Of a stretch of DNA of 64,000 bases, positions 1-11,849 are shown piece by piece. Origin of the DNA: Octopus sinensis (taxonomy: Eukaryota). Position 1 is the first letter of the stretch, and every line of letters starts with the position of its first letter. The stretch lies in contig NC_042997.1 of the NCBI RefSeq assembly GCF_006345805.1, positions 6,634,001 through 6,698,000 on the forward strand. The letters run 5' to 3'. Below the pieces are notes generated by a model. It was not told the DNA's origin and did not search any database. It saw only the letters and a program-made list of their open reading frames with translations. The position numbers and the translations under genes were made by a program.

Positions 1-254
1 TGTAGGAGTGCATAGGTATACATGTATCTATATATAGTTAGCTAGATAGAGAGAGAGGGGGGAATATGGAGGGTTTATTTCACTGTTGATCTAAATGAAT
101 TTTATAATTGGTCATCCGTTACGTTCCAAGTTCCCAGCTGAGTCTGCAGCGAGGGATATATAAGTAATCAGAAAACGGAGAAAACCTCAGATTAACAAAC
201 ACAACCATTGGACCACATATTTAGCTTATTTTTTACTACAAAGCATAACATATA

Positions 255-650
255 GGCGCAGGAGCGGCTGTGTGGTAAGTAGCTTGCTTACCAACCACAC
301 GGTTCCGGGTTCAGTCCCACTGCGTGACACCTTGGCCAGGTGTCTTCTACTGTAGCCTCGGGCCGACCAAAGCCTTGTGAGTGGATTTGGTAGACGGAAA
401 CTGAAAGAAGCCCGTCGTATATGTGTATATATATATATGTGTTTGTGTTTGTATGTCTGTGTTTGTCTCCCAAAATCGCTTGACAATCGATAATGGTGTG
501 TTTACGTCCCCGTAACTTAGCGGTTCGGCAAAAGTGACCGATAGAATAAGTACCAGGCTTCCAAAGAATAAGTCCCGGGGTCGATTTGTTTGACTGAAAG
601 GTGGTGCTCCAGCATGGCCGCAGTCAAATGACTGAAACAAGTAAAGAGTA
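255..650 (+). mobile_element. tRNA-derived SINE (octopus-type, family A), near full length
   Basis: Head GGCGCAGGAGCGGCTGTGTGGTAAG (box A-like) and GGTTCAGTCCC (box B-like), CORE-like segment CACCTTGGCCAGGTGTCTT, internal TA/TG microsatellite, 3' tail GGTGCTCCAGCATGGCCGCAGTC...GAAACAAGTAAAGA. A fragment of the same tail recurs at ~27468. Confidence 0.85.
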
Positions 651-1215
651 TATCAAATAGGTGCCGTAATGTATCTTACGGCAGTTTCCAATCCGTTGCC
701 AAAATGCTTTCAATAAATGAAAGCGAGAAGTAAGTTCTTCCTCTCCGACGGACATTCGAATTAAGACACGAGGTTTCATCAATATAAAAAAACAAGAGCA
801 TACAATATAAACAAAGGGAAGAAGGAAAACGAAAGAATAAAAAGGGCTAGACAAGAAGACCAAAAGGCCAATATGTAAAAAACTTAAAATTGACGAACTA
901 AGTGCTACGAGGTCCGTAGGTAAAAGAAGGAGCTAATAATAATCTAACAAATACTACAATTTATAAACGGGTAGATTCAATTTAAAGTGAGGTGCAGGAC
1001 GGTTGAAAAAGGAAGTTATCAAGAAAATGTATTTAAAGAAAATACTAACGTGATTATCAAAGGTCGGTATTTTTTTATGTGTGTGCGTATCGAATTACTA
1101 CGATGATCCGGTTCTTGACTGAAGACTGAGGGGTTCGAATGTCCTGTCCATGTTTATTGTATCGTCTTCTAAGAGTTATACGTTCTTGTCCATGTTATAT
1201 TTTTCTACATACCTT

Positions 1216-1254
<39 letters not shown>

Positions 1255-1437
1255 ATAAATATTAGGGAATAAATCCAAATTTACAGGGAAAAATCAGATT
1301 TAGGACTGAATCCAATTTTATAGTAAAATATTATATAATATTAATTAGAGACAAAACCACTATCATGCAAATCAAACAAAGAAAGACTTAATCCAATACA
1401 TAAACAAATTTATATAAATTAAATAAAATTAAATTCG

Positions 1438-1483
1438 CCACTACAATTCTTTCGTGTCTCTTCTAAGGACATTCATCAGGTGA
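1438..1483 (-). ncRNA. Mirror hammerhead ribozyme copy with stem III mutation
   Basis: Reverse strand reads TCAC-CTGATGA-ATGTCCTTAGAAGAGACAC-GAAA-G AATT G-TA-GTGG; the substitution at 1449 breaks the stem III C-G pair. Confidence 0.7.
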
Positions 1484-1546
1484 TATTCAGATCTTCTATT
1501 CAATTTTAAGTTATGAAGTCTTAAAATTGAATAGAAGATCTGAATA

Positions 1547-1592
1547 CCACCTGATGAATGTCCTTAGAAGAGACACGAAACAATTGTAGTGG
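1547..1592 (+). ncRNA. Minimal type I hammerhead ribozyme (PLE-type)
   Basis: CCAC-CTGATGA-aTGTC(cttagaaga)GACAc-GAAA-C AATT G-TA-GTGG. Core boxes intact, stem I CCAC/GTGG, stem II TGTC/GACA, short stem III with palindromic CAATTG, predicted cleavage after GUA (1588). The closing pair of stem II is A-C rather than G-C. Confidence 0.8.
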
Positions 1593-1699
1593 CGAATTTA
1601 ATTTTATTTAATTTATATAAAATTTTTTACGTATTGGATTAAGTCTTTCTTTGTTTGATTTGCATAATAGTGGTTTTGTCTCTAATTAATTTTATACAT

Positions 1700-1918
<219 letters not shown>

Positions 1919-1924
1919 TATGTC

Positions 1925-2475
1925 AGGTCACTTTTGAGTGCTAATAGTAACATGTAACCCAGTACAACCTGTTGCATGGTCGGGTCGTCGGCGACTAAAC
2001 CGGCAACTCCACCAAGCTTGCTTGGTGAGGAGGGTGTTTATTGGCCACCCTGCAGGATGAAAAACAAAACCCGTCAAAGGGCGGAGGAACTCTTGAAAGT
2101 CAACGGCCATCCAATAAATGTCTGAAGGCTGGATCATGCGCGAGGACATAGAAATAATCGGACTGAATACCCGATCGCGCGGTTAAACCATTGGGAGTGA
2201 AGGACTCCTAGCCTTTATTAGGGCATCCTTCTAGGAGAAGGTAACTCAGGTAACTGGGATAACTCCGACATAAAACTTGTGGCTCAGTGGTTAGCAATGA
2301 TGTTGACTTATTCTTCTTTTCAGATTATGGCTGCTGTTCCTTAGTGAGTGAGATTGACTCAGTGCACGGCCTTTCCTCACTTAAGAAAAATCTTGTTGCA
2401 CAGGCATTGCACGGTAACAACATTGATTAAGCTTCGTGCAATGGCCATACTCGATAACGAGGGGCCAGCCACCAT
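1925..2475 (+). mobile_element. RTE-related non-autonomous element / RTE 5' UTR fragment
   Basis: GC-richer island between microsatellites; GGGCATCCTTCTAGGAGAAGGTAACTC (2221-2247) resembles the ...TCTAGGAGAAGGAAAACTC motif of RTE 5' regions; HDV-like fold at its 5' end; no ORF. Confidence 0.5.
1952..2003 (+). ncRNA. HDV-like ribozyme fold, probably damaged in P3/L3
   Basis: P1 ATGTAAC(1952-58)/GTTGCAT(1971-77); P2 CCAGT(1959-63)/ACCGG(1999-2003, one mismatch); GG J1/4 (1978-79); P4 TCG/CGA; J4/2 CTAA (1995-98). P3/L3 segment is only ACAACCT (7 nt versus ~13 expected). Confidence 0.55.
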
Positions 2476-2540
2476 ATCTATATGTATGTGTGTGTGTCTG
2501 TGTGTGAATTCGTGTCCTGGAGCATATTTTAATGGGTCAG

Positions 2541-2789
2541 GACAGAGTCATTCTGTTTTAATGCTCTATTAATTAACACACTCAACGTTTTGATTTCCAC
2601 TCATTTACCTTTTTATATTTTTTACTTACAACCTCTTGAATAGTCGTTGACTGACGGAGAGAGTCATCGAGTATGGAAGAGATTGCAAGAGGCAACGATA
2701 ATTTTAGCAAAAAAATAGGGAAGTGAGGGGAAATCGGACCGGTCAGTGCGTATTGATTAATTAGGCATTAAAACAAAATAACTCGCCTC
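2541..2789. mobile_element. Degenerate fold-back MITE (~250 bp)
   Basis: GAGTCATTCTGTTTTAATGCTCTATTAATTAACACACT on the left matches the reverse complement of GTGCGTATTGATTAATTAGGCATTAAAACAAAATAACTC on the right; internal GATTTCCACTCA/TGAGGGGAAATC and CCTCTTG/CAAGAGG also pair. Confidence 0.65.
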
Positions 2790-2945
2790 AGATAGAATGA
2801 TATATATATATATATATATAAATATATATATATCTGCGTGCGTGTGTGTGTGCATAAGAATACACACAGACACACACATACAAATATATCAGTATATATA
2901 TATATATATATCATATATATATACATACATATATATATATATATC

Positions 2946-3192
2946 AAGTGACCGACCAGACCATCAGATGTTGCTACACATCGCTTGTCACAATGCGCTT
3001 CGCATTGTTTTTAGCCTTCGAACGACGCCACCCCGCTGGCTAAGCGAGCAGGCCAACAGAAGAAAGAGTGGTGAAAGAGTACAGCAGGGATCACCACACC
3101 CTGTCGGACCCTCGTGGAGCTTTTAGGTGTTTCCGCTCAATAAACACACACAACGCCCGGTCTGGGAATCGAAACCGCGATCCTACGACCGC
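2946..3192 (-). mobile_element. 5'-truncated tRNA-derived SINE (family B)
   Basis: Reverse strand GCGGTCGTAGGATCGCGGTTTCGATTCCCAGACCGGGCG (box B GGTTTCGATTCC) followed by TGTTTATTGAGCGGAAACACCT; inserted in a TA microsatellite. Confidence 0.7.
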
Positions 3193-4302
3193 ACATCCAC
3201 ATATATATATATATACACATATATAAATATGTTCATGTTTATATATCCAAATTTGTATATAAATGTGTGCGTGTCTAATGTTTATGTGAATACATTGTTG
3301 GACGTACGAAGGCAAGAATGTATATATTTTTTTCCCAATTATGTGCTTGTGTGTTTATGTATGCTTCTATGTGCACGGACGCACATGATCGCGCATATTT
3401 TGTTTGAATATATTTCATACTCTTATGATTTATTTTCTTATTCTTCTCTACTTTTATTATGTTTATATCAAATCTTGTGCTTTCTAGCAGTCTGTTTATT
3501 GCATTAAACGTCACCTTACATGTTTATAAATGCGTACAGGTATGGCTGTAAATTCTGAATTTGTCCTATGGTATGTGCGCTTGTCAAATTCGGAGCATAA
3601 ATTGATTATATATGTGTGTGTGTGTTTGTTTGTATGCATGCATCTGTGTGTATGTGATTCTTTTATTAGTTATACAAGTGTGTCTGTGTGAGTGTATGTG
3701 CATATATTTGTTTACTTATGTTCCTGCGTGCGTATGTATACATATAGAATACATGCATACTCACATACAAACAAACAATAACGCGGACATGTATATCTGT
3801 ATGTATATACGTTATTTCTGTGCCTAATAATATATAAACATACATACCTATGAGTGTATATAGACGCATGCGTGTATATATATATATATAGACGCATGCG
3901 TGTGTATATACATATATATATATATTCACACATACATGTGTGCGCGTGTGTATGCTTTCCCAGATATCTCTTTAGTGCCGGTGAGTTTCTCTACCTTTAA
4001 TTTTTACGTGACTTCCCTACATTAATTTTAATAGAATTATTAAGAGTGATTTGTAATTCACACCATATAATTTGCGTACGCTAGGTTTCATGTCAATTTT
4101 CTGTGTGTCACGCTCGATCTTCCGTAACAATTCTCAGTTTGGTCGTGAAAAGATAAAAAGAAATTATAGAAATACTGAAGCGGTAAGTTTGCATCTGGTC
4201 TTTGTTCTGCTAAATAGTATAGGAATTTGTACGTGTCTATCTATCTATTCATCTATGTGTGTATGTATGTACGCATTATGTATGTATGTATTATGTATGT
4301 AT

Positions 4303-4458
<156 letters not shown>

Positions 4459-5041
4459 ATATATATTGTGCTTTTAAATGTACTTCAGCCATAATAAAAA
4501 TGATCATATATCATAACAGTCAACTGATCATTGTCTGTCTGTCAGCTATAACACATGGAGAAGGAGGGAAGAAGGGCTCGGGAAGAGGTTTTTTGGTGAT
4601 AAAATACAGCGAGAAAGCGAGAGAGAAAGAAAAAGAGAGAGAATATGCGTGGGCTTTAAAGATAGATAGGTGGTATTGTCCTCATATCAAGTAGTATATT
4701 TTGATTAAAAACGCGGAGATTTCAAACGCAAGTATGTGACCTCAACGCAACACAGACTTGGAAAGAAAGAAAAGCGACACTGACTGTAGAACAGCCTACG
4801 ATTCACTGGAATTTCTAAGTTGTAGAGTAATGCTTATTAAAAGCTTACCAGAATTGTGATGTGACAGTAGTATCATAATTTCCTGGTTATATTTGGCGCA
4901 TGGTTGAAAGGCAGGCACGCAGACACATGTAAGTTTCTGCCACTCATCTCCTCGAAAGTTTATGTGTATATTTCTTTTTCCCACTTTATCTTTTACCTCC
5001 TCCAGCTCTTCAACTTTGACAATGCTGGGCGCCGCCTTGAC

Positions 5042-5118
<77 letters not shown>

Positions 5119-5239
5119 TACATAAGTGTATGTGTGTGTGCGTCTGTGAGTGTGAAAGTGAGTGTATGTTTGTATCTGTGTTTGTGTGTTTTATTCAATA
5201 AAATTTGATTCATTTCTACATAGCTTAAAGTTTCGCAGG

Positions 5240-6720
5240 TTCGTTTTATGAACCTATGCTATCAGGCATTTGGGAATGGCGTTACAGAATATGCGATAAA
5301 TTCAAGGTGGTTACAAGATGTTAGAGCTCTGCTTGTTATAAGTGTACAAGCAAGATCAGGTATTTTTTTCTTATGTTCACGTGGACGGACAGAATATAGG
5401 TAGGTACCTGTCACCATTATGTTTGGCACCCGATAGAACCAATGACCTTGTGAGTCAGGAATCATCTCTGGGTGGCTGCATACATTTTGGTACTTACTTG
5501 GACTTCGGCAGTTACTTGTTGGAGTATTATTGGAGAATGTGAATTTGCTTTTTTTGCGTTTATTGTAGTATGCGAATTTGTATAAGCAAGAATAACTGAT
5601 CTTAGTGTTCTTAGGGTTAACATGTTTATGATTCTTCTGAGTTCTACATATGTTTGCCTCCTATGGGTAGCGGTCTATGGATCCACCCTTACATCATCTG
5701 ATGGTATTGCGAGACACTACATGGGTATGCCAGTGGATGGCTACAAGAAAAGGTATTCACAGCATTTGCACCTCTTCAAATGCAAGAACAAATGAAACTC
5801 CATGTTTCTGCCTCGATTCATCTGGGGACTCTGTAACAATCGGAAAGACTTCCCCAACATTGACTGGAATATCACTGAATAGAATTCTCATTACTCACAA
5901 TGGATTCATAATTTTTTAACTTTGCCACAGCAAATTCGCTCAACTAAACTGCAGTTTATATAAAGAAGAATGGCATATATTCCTGTTGCAACCAGAAGTA
6001 CGATCTGTTAATAAATTTCAAGGTAGTGGCTGCCAAGAATCCAGTGTAACAAAATTAGGCCTGCTTGATCGATACGCAAAGGCAGCGTACTAAGGCACTT
6101 CTGACCGTATAGACTACAACCTTTCCACTGGTATTAATCCTAGTATTATAAATTTCAATCCAGCACTACCAAATCATTTATTCCCACGGAAATATATCCC
6201 TACTACGTCTGCAATTTGCAATTATAACATTGGAAAGGTTTCATGGTTGATGAAAAAGAGAAGTAATAATTTACTTTTATAATAATTTTATTTTTATTGT
6301 TAGGGTTACGTACATTTGTAATTAATCCACTTTATATCCTGTACGCCAAAAAAAAATATTCTTAATATTAAAATGGAAAATTATTCAGGAAGGTGCAAGC
6401 AGGGTAGTCTGCATATTTCTACGAGCCAGATGCATTCATATTATATATCTACAACTGTTTAAGCATTATTTTTGGCTTATCGACATCACGAGATAAACCA
6501 GGCATTCTTCTTGTGAAAAACATGTTTGAGAAATGTAACTGTGTTAGTATACTAGTTTGCATCATTGCTGGGCATACTCCACAAAAACATCTAATTCTAA
6601 TTCATATTCTGAAAGCTCCAGAGCCACTGAGGTAGCAATTTGAAACCGATACGGTGCTAGCTGTAAAGTAGGAGCATGTCCCGTGACGCCACATTTACTC
6701 AAATTTCCACCAGTCTTGTT
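5240..6720 (-). pseudogene. Heavily degenerate DNA-transposon transposase remnant, Academ-like
   Basis: Reverse-strand fragments in the expected order: LTGG..GHAPTLQL..IATSVALE, MPSN, GNK*FGSAGLK (cf. GKRFxxAGL), QEYMPFFF (cf. MLPxFF), DIPVN; many stops and frameshifts. Confidence 0.4.
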
Positions 6721-7488
6721 TATATTTCTTTTACGTCTATTTGAAATTCAACAATTTTGCACTTTCTCATTCAGATGATAATTTGTAATGATTGCACTCA
6801 AACAAATTACTTTGCATCTTCTATTCTCCCCATGAATATACACGTATACGCAAGCTCACACACCCATACAAAAACGAATACACACACAGAACATATGCAC
6901 ATGTATAAATATATGTATCACTAAGTCTCTCTCTCTCTACCTACCTATCTCTCTTTAATTGTGTGTGTGTTTATGTGTATTTAGCGTGCGCGCTTGTCTT
7001 CTTTTCTGTTCCAAACAACATGACTGTCGTTTCCTTATGGATATGGGAAGTTTGAAGAATTAATTATTCTTGAGAGTATCTCTCTTCTCCAATGAAACTG
7101 GTCTTAATTACGTTTCAGAATTTATGACACATCATATACAAGCGGATATAATTTTATTAAATCAAGAAATTAGGATGTATGCTACATTTTCGCAGTGTTT
7201 CAAATACACGCCTTTGGTCACGCTGATTTATTTCTCGTAGCATCACTTTCTTTCAAGTATGCAAATTACCTACGCCATAAATATGGTTTAAACATTTTGC
7301 ATACGTCTACATCCGTTTGCCGATAGGAAAAAGGGTGTACAGCTGCCGTGCTGATAACTTCTATTGAGGTACAAATACTTGTCCATATCGGTTTTCTTTT
7401 ATATCGGCATGATTAAACTGTCCTTTTCCTTAATTATATTTCAAATTTGGCGAATTCTTGATACGTGAAATTATATAAACACACACAT

Positions 7489-7521
<33 letters not shown>

Positions 7522-8169
7522 CATAGCTATAAACATATACATACACATATATACATATATACAAGCATATAAACTTATACATGTATCATTAAATTCACAC
7601 ACGTATGCATGTATACACACGAACACAGACGACTTCATTTGGCACGTTCTTTTGTTAGATAATATCTTGTTAGATAATTTGTTTTTTGTTAATTGCAATA
7701 TTCTTTCGCAAATTGAGAATAATTGTGTACATATATGTAAAGGATTAAATTGTGGTGATAAAATATAATCACTCATCTTCTATTTTTCCCTCTAAATATA
7801 TGAATTAAAAATTAAGTGTATATCCCAATTCATGATTTTGTTTCAGGAAAATTAAGTAGAAGTCAGTCTATAAACCGAGGTAGTTGTGTTGACTATCAAT
7901 ATATTTGCATTTTTAAAATATTGATTATGCTTGATAACTCCTAACTGGAATTTGTACAACTGATATTTGATAATCAAATAATAGGTACCGGTTAATATAC
8001 AAAATATATTCCAAGTATGTCTCAGATAAATTAGTTAATTACTTTGCTGCTTAGGATTTTAGCTTTTTTCCTGTAGTTATTGTGCGATAAACCAGAAAAT
8101 AATGATGTTAGATGTTACGTATTCGGCGACTATTGTATACGGTTTTGTTTAAACATTATTATTTAGGTA

Positions 8170-8560
8170 ATCCCTAGCAGAGCTCCCGAGACAGTAGTCT
8201 GACAAGAGGAAATTGATCTTCAACCAATATACCTTTCTTCGAGGCTCGTAACAAAGAGGAATCTGTTAAATTCATCGAAAGATATCGCTGCAGGTTTTAT
8301 AGCCGGCGAAGTATAGAGTCTATTGCATAAAATGAAATATAGAAGAAAAATGTCAGCCTCAGACATTTCAAGAAAAGACTGGCCGTTTTTTTTAATAAAA
8401 GACATAACCTCAGACTTGATTCAGTCGTTTGAATGATTCCAATTCAATTCTTAAGGGCTTGTTAAACACGAAGCCTTTCTGTCTACAACATCGATCAGTT
8501 ACGCTGCCTCAACAATGGATAAGAATTTCTTAACCTGGCATCAATGATTGTGGCCACAGA
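8170..8560 (+). pseudogene. Very degenerate LINE RT N-terminal remnant
   Basis: NLLNSSKDIAAG (cf. KxxAPG) followed at plausible spacing by STTSISYAASTMDKNF (cf. YRPISLxSxxxK). Confidence 0.25.
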
Positions 8561-10189
8561 TACACACAGATATTAATATACTTGGAGGTGAGCATATGCA
8601 TACAGATACATAGAGACATATATTTGAATATATGTGTATTCGTATGTACATATAATATCTGTCGTGTGCCTTCTTTTAGTTTCTCTCAAATATTTTCATG
8701 TCCAAATATTTTAATTCTGCTTTTACCCGGTATTATCGACAGGGGATTGTTGACTATATACTTCAGTTTCATTTCTTCACCTGCAGCGCAACTCATCGAT
8801 ATTTTATATGCTGCCTGTAGCAGTCTTAAGAAGTTTCTCCAAAAACAAGGAAAGCCGAAAATATAATTTGTGGATCAGAACACCACTAGCAATTATTTAA
8901 ACAAGACAAATCAATTCTTTCTTTAACAATTATCCCATTATTTCTGCCATTCAAAGTTTTCCACCAGGTAAGGGGGCGTGTGTATATTTTTGTGTGAATG
9001 ACATGCGCGAACACGTAGCTGCTTTACTAACTTCTGCAGAAATCCCAAAGCAAATAAATGTTTCTAAGTTATCACCGAATTTTGTAATAAATAATAAAAG
9101 TAGCTCGATTTTATTAAATTATCTATAAAACTATAAAAAATAATATGCTGAGAATTTAACATTAACCATCTGTATTGAACAGATTGTCTAAAAGTTATTT
9201 AGAAATTGCATTGAGATTGAGAAAGAATGAAATAAATGGAATGGAAATAGTTGCAGATATTTTCTTGAATAAACTTAAATTATTGCAGCCACTTTAATAT
9301 GTTGTCTCAGAAGGAGATACGATCATTATTTCAATCTTGAATTTCTATAGGAAGCAAGAATATAGTTTCCTCCGCTTTTGTTAACGTAAAGTTTCTGACA
9401 ATGTTAACGCCAAAGTTCTCTCCATTTGAATTGCAAATATTTAAAACCATTCTACATTTCGAATACTAGACATAACATGGTGTCAGTATTAACAGAGGGG
9501 TTTTTATTTACCCATAGGATGACATTTATGTTTTATTCATGAAATTCAATTTTGTGTTTCCATGCTCTCGATAGATCTCCTGATGAATAAGTCGTTGCCG
9601 TTCAACCTAACATTAAGATAAATAACGGTACAACTTTGTCCGAATTAGTCAAACTTAACATATCGTATAACTACGAGGAACATTTCATTATTTATACATC
9701 AATGCACCAGTAATTGAAAATATCTTTTACTCAGTAAAGCGTTACATTTACATATATGAAACTTACACAGCGTTACAGAATCCCACGTGCTCAACTTTGT
9801 ATATACATACACTCAAGCACACACGCGCGCGCACATACATACAAACAAACACACGCACATACAGAAAGAAAGAAAACAAGAAATGCATAAAGCAGATACA
9901 GGGCGAGAGTCCCACATACCCCACCTTTATCCCTACATCCTAACCACAAAGTCACACCCTACCCTCAGATCCCCACACCAACACCGCCACACCAGACCAC
10001 ACACCATCAAACCACATCACACAACCTCGCAAAACTAGCACCGATCACTTCCCAATACCCACACCATTTTCCACACACCCATACATTACAAACGAACACA
10101 TTCACACACGTACACATCCACACATAAAAGTCACCAGCCCCTATCTACACGCACATACATGCTTTCACATACACATGCACGCACACCTC

Positions 10190-10440
10190 CGTTTTGAAAT
10201 TATCACTATTTTATCTTTTCTCCTTCTTCCTAACTCTCCTGTCTACCTCTGTCCAGCCAGCCGCCATGATAGACCTCTGGTTCCAAAAGCTTCTTTTATT
10301 CTCTCTTTGTATATTCCTTCGCATTTCTTTCTGTTGAAGAGCGTAGGCTGGAAACATAAGAGACTTTCTCACCTTCCCGAGCGTTAAATTAATACACCTG
10401 AATTTGTTTATACACCTGTCTTCGTAATTTGTTTTTCTGT
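10190..10440 (+). mobile_element. Probable Penelope-like element 3' tail with degenerate hammerhead-like motif
   Basis: TCTTT-CTGTTGAAGA-GC GTAG GC-TG-GAAAC-ATAAGA at 10326-10361, preceded by a C/A-rich then C/T-rich tract and followed by (TA)n. Confidence 0.35.
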
Positions 10441-10449
10441 GAATGTCAG

Positions 10450-10583
<134 letters not shown>

Positions 10584-11484
10584 CATACATAATTGCATAT
10601 TTTCTATGTGGGAGTATTTACATCAGTAATTGTAGTTATAGGATTAAGTAATATATTCAACATTTTCAGATTGATATTACACATATTTATTGATAATAAT
10701 AAAATTACACAATTAATTGTATGTTGTATACGTGTACATTTGTTGAAACTTTGTATAGTAACCATTTAAAATAAACTTGCAAACAGTGCGTGTTTATCTT
10801 AACGTAACAAATATTTACAAATGTGAAACGAATGCAAATATTGAAAAAGAAAGAATATTCCAGTCTTTCATATCTTCAAATATTCTAATTTTATTTCGTA
10901 AGAAACACTCATATACAATCTACTACATCTAAAGCCTGAGGAAACACACGCACACACACACACACGCACACAGAGACACATATACACTTTTCCACAGATT
11001 CACAATCCTTCACTCACATACACACACATAAATAAACGAGCACATGTAGTCTATGTGTCATATTTTTGATTCGAGTAAAATTCCTGTAAGGGGGGATAAT
11101 TATCCATTATAGTGTGGATCAATATTATTTTATGGAATGCATAGACAAAATGTAAAAAGCGGAGTAACAAAGTGATGTTTTCTCAACTTTTATGTGTGCT
11201 ATACACTCTTCAGAACGTATTGAATACAAGTTGCTTTTGCTTATAGATGTACGTGTATTTCCCCGGACATACACATCTAAGATACACAAACAGTATATAG
11301 AAATATATTTGCATGTGCCTGTGGGCATGTGTGTGTGAAATTACGAAGTTTAAGGGAGAAAGAGAATGAGAAAATGAGAGAAAGAGAGAGAGAGATGGAG
11401 GGAGTGTGGACGTTAGTGCTCTTACCTCTGCCAAATACTATGTATATGTATTTATAGACATGTGTGTGTTGGTATGTACGTGTA

Positions 11485-11608
<124 letters not shown>

Positions 11609-11849
11609 TGTGTGTGTGTTGAAAAGAGTCAAGGTAGAAAATACAAAGCTAATTTTATAAAAGACATTTCAGTAAAGGTTGCAGTCAATGACAATTTTTC
11701 AACTCTATGGAAAACAATTAAATTTTGGAAAAATTAAAAGTAAAGATTTTTAAAAGAATATTTGCATAGTATTTAAATTCAAGGGGTAATTTCTTTGTTT
11801 CTGCCTGTCTCTGTCTCTCTTGTTTACTCTTCTTGGTTCGAGGTCATTG

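Larger units (their letters stand above)
1340..1690. repeat. Long inverted repeat: 171-bp arms, 9-nt loop; probably paired Penelope-like-element 3' ends
   Basis: 1340-1510 is the reverse complement of 1520-1690 with 6 mismatches by manual alignment; loop TTATGAAGT at 1511-1519; (TA)n tracts on both sides. Confidence 0.95.

Noticed and set aside
255-325. tRNA gene candidates at SINE heads (also 3150-3192, 26570-26637, 37920-38005)
   Set aside because: Only box A/B similarity, no full cloverleaf, and each continues into a SINE body.
655-1220. Probable interspersed repeat with CTGAAGA at ~1118, considered as a hammerhead
   Set aside because: No downstream GAAA box or stems; family could not be classified and no protein motif was recognised.
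11180-11220. Reverse-strand CTGAAGA-GTGT-ATAGC-ACAC hammerhead-like start
   Set aside because: GAAA box and stems I and III absent.
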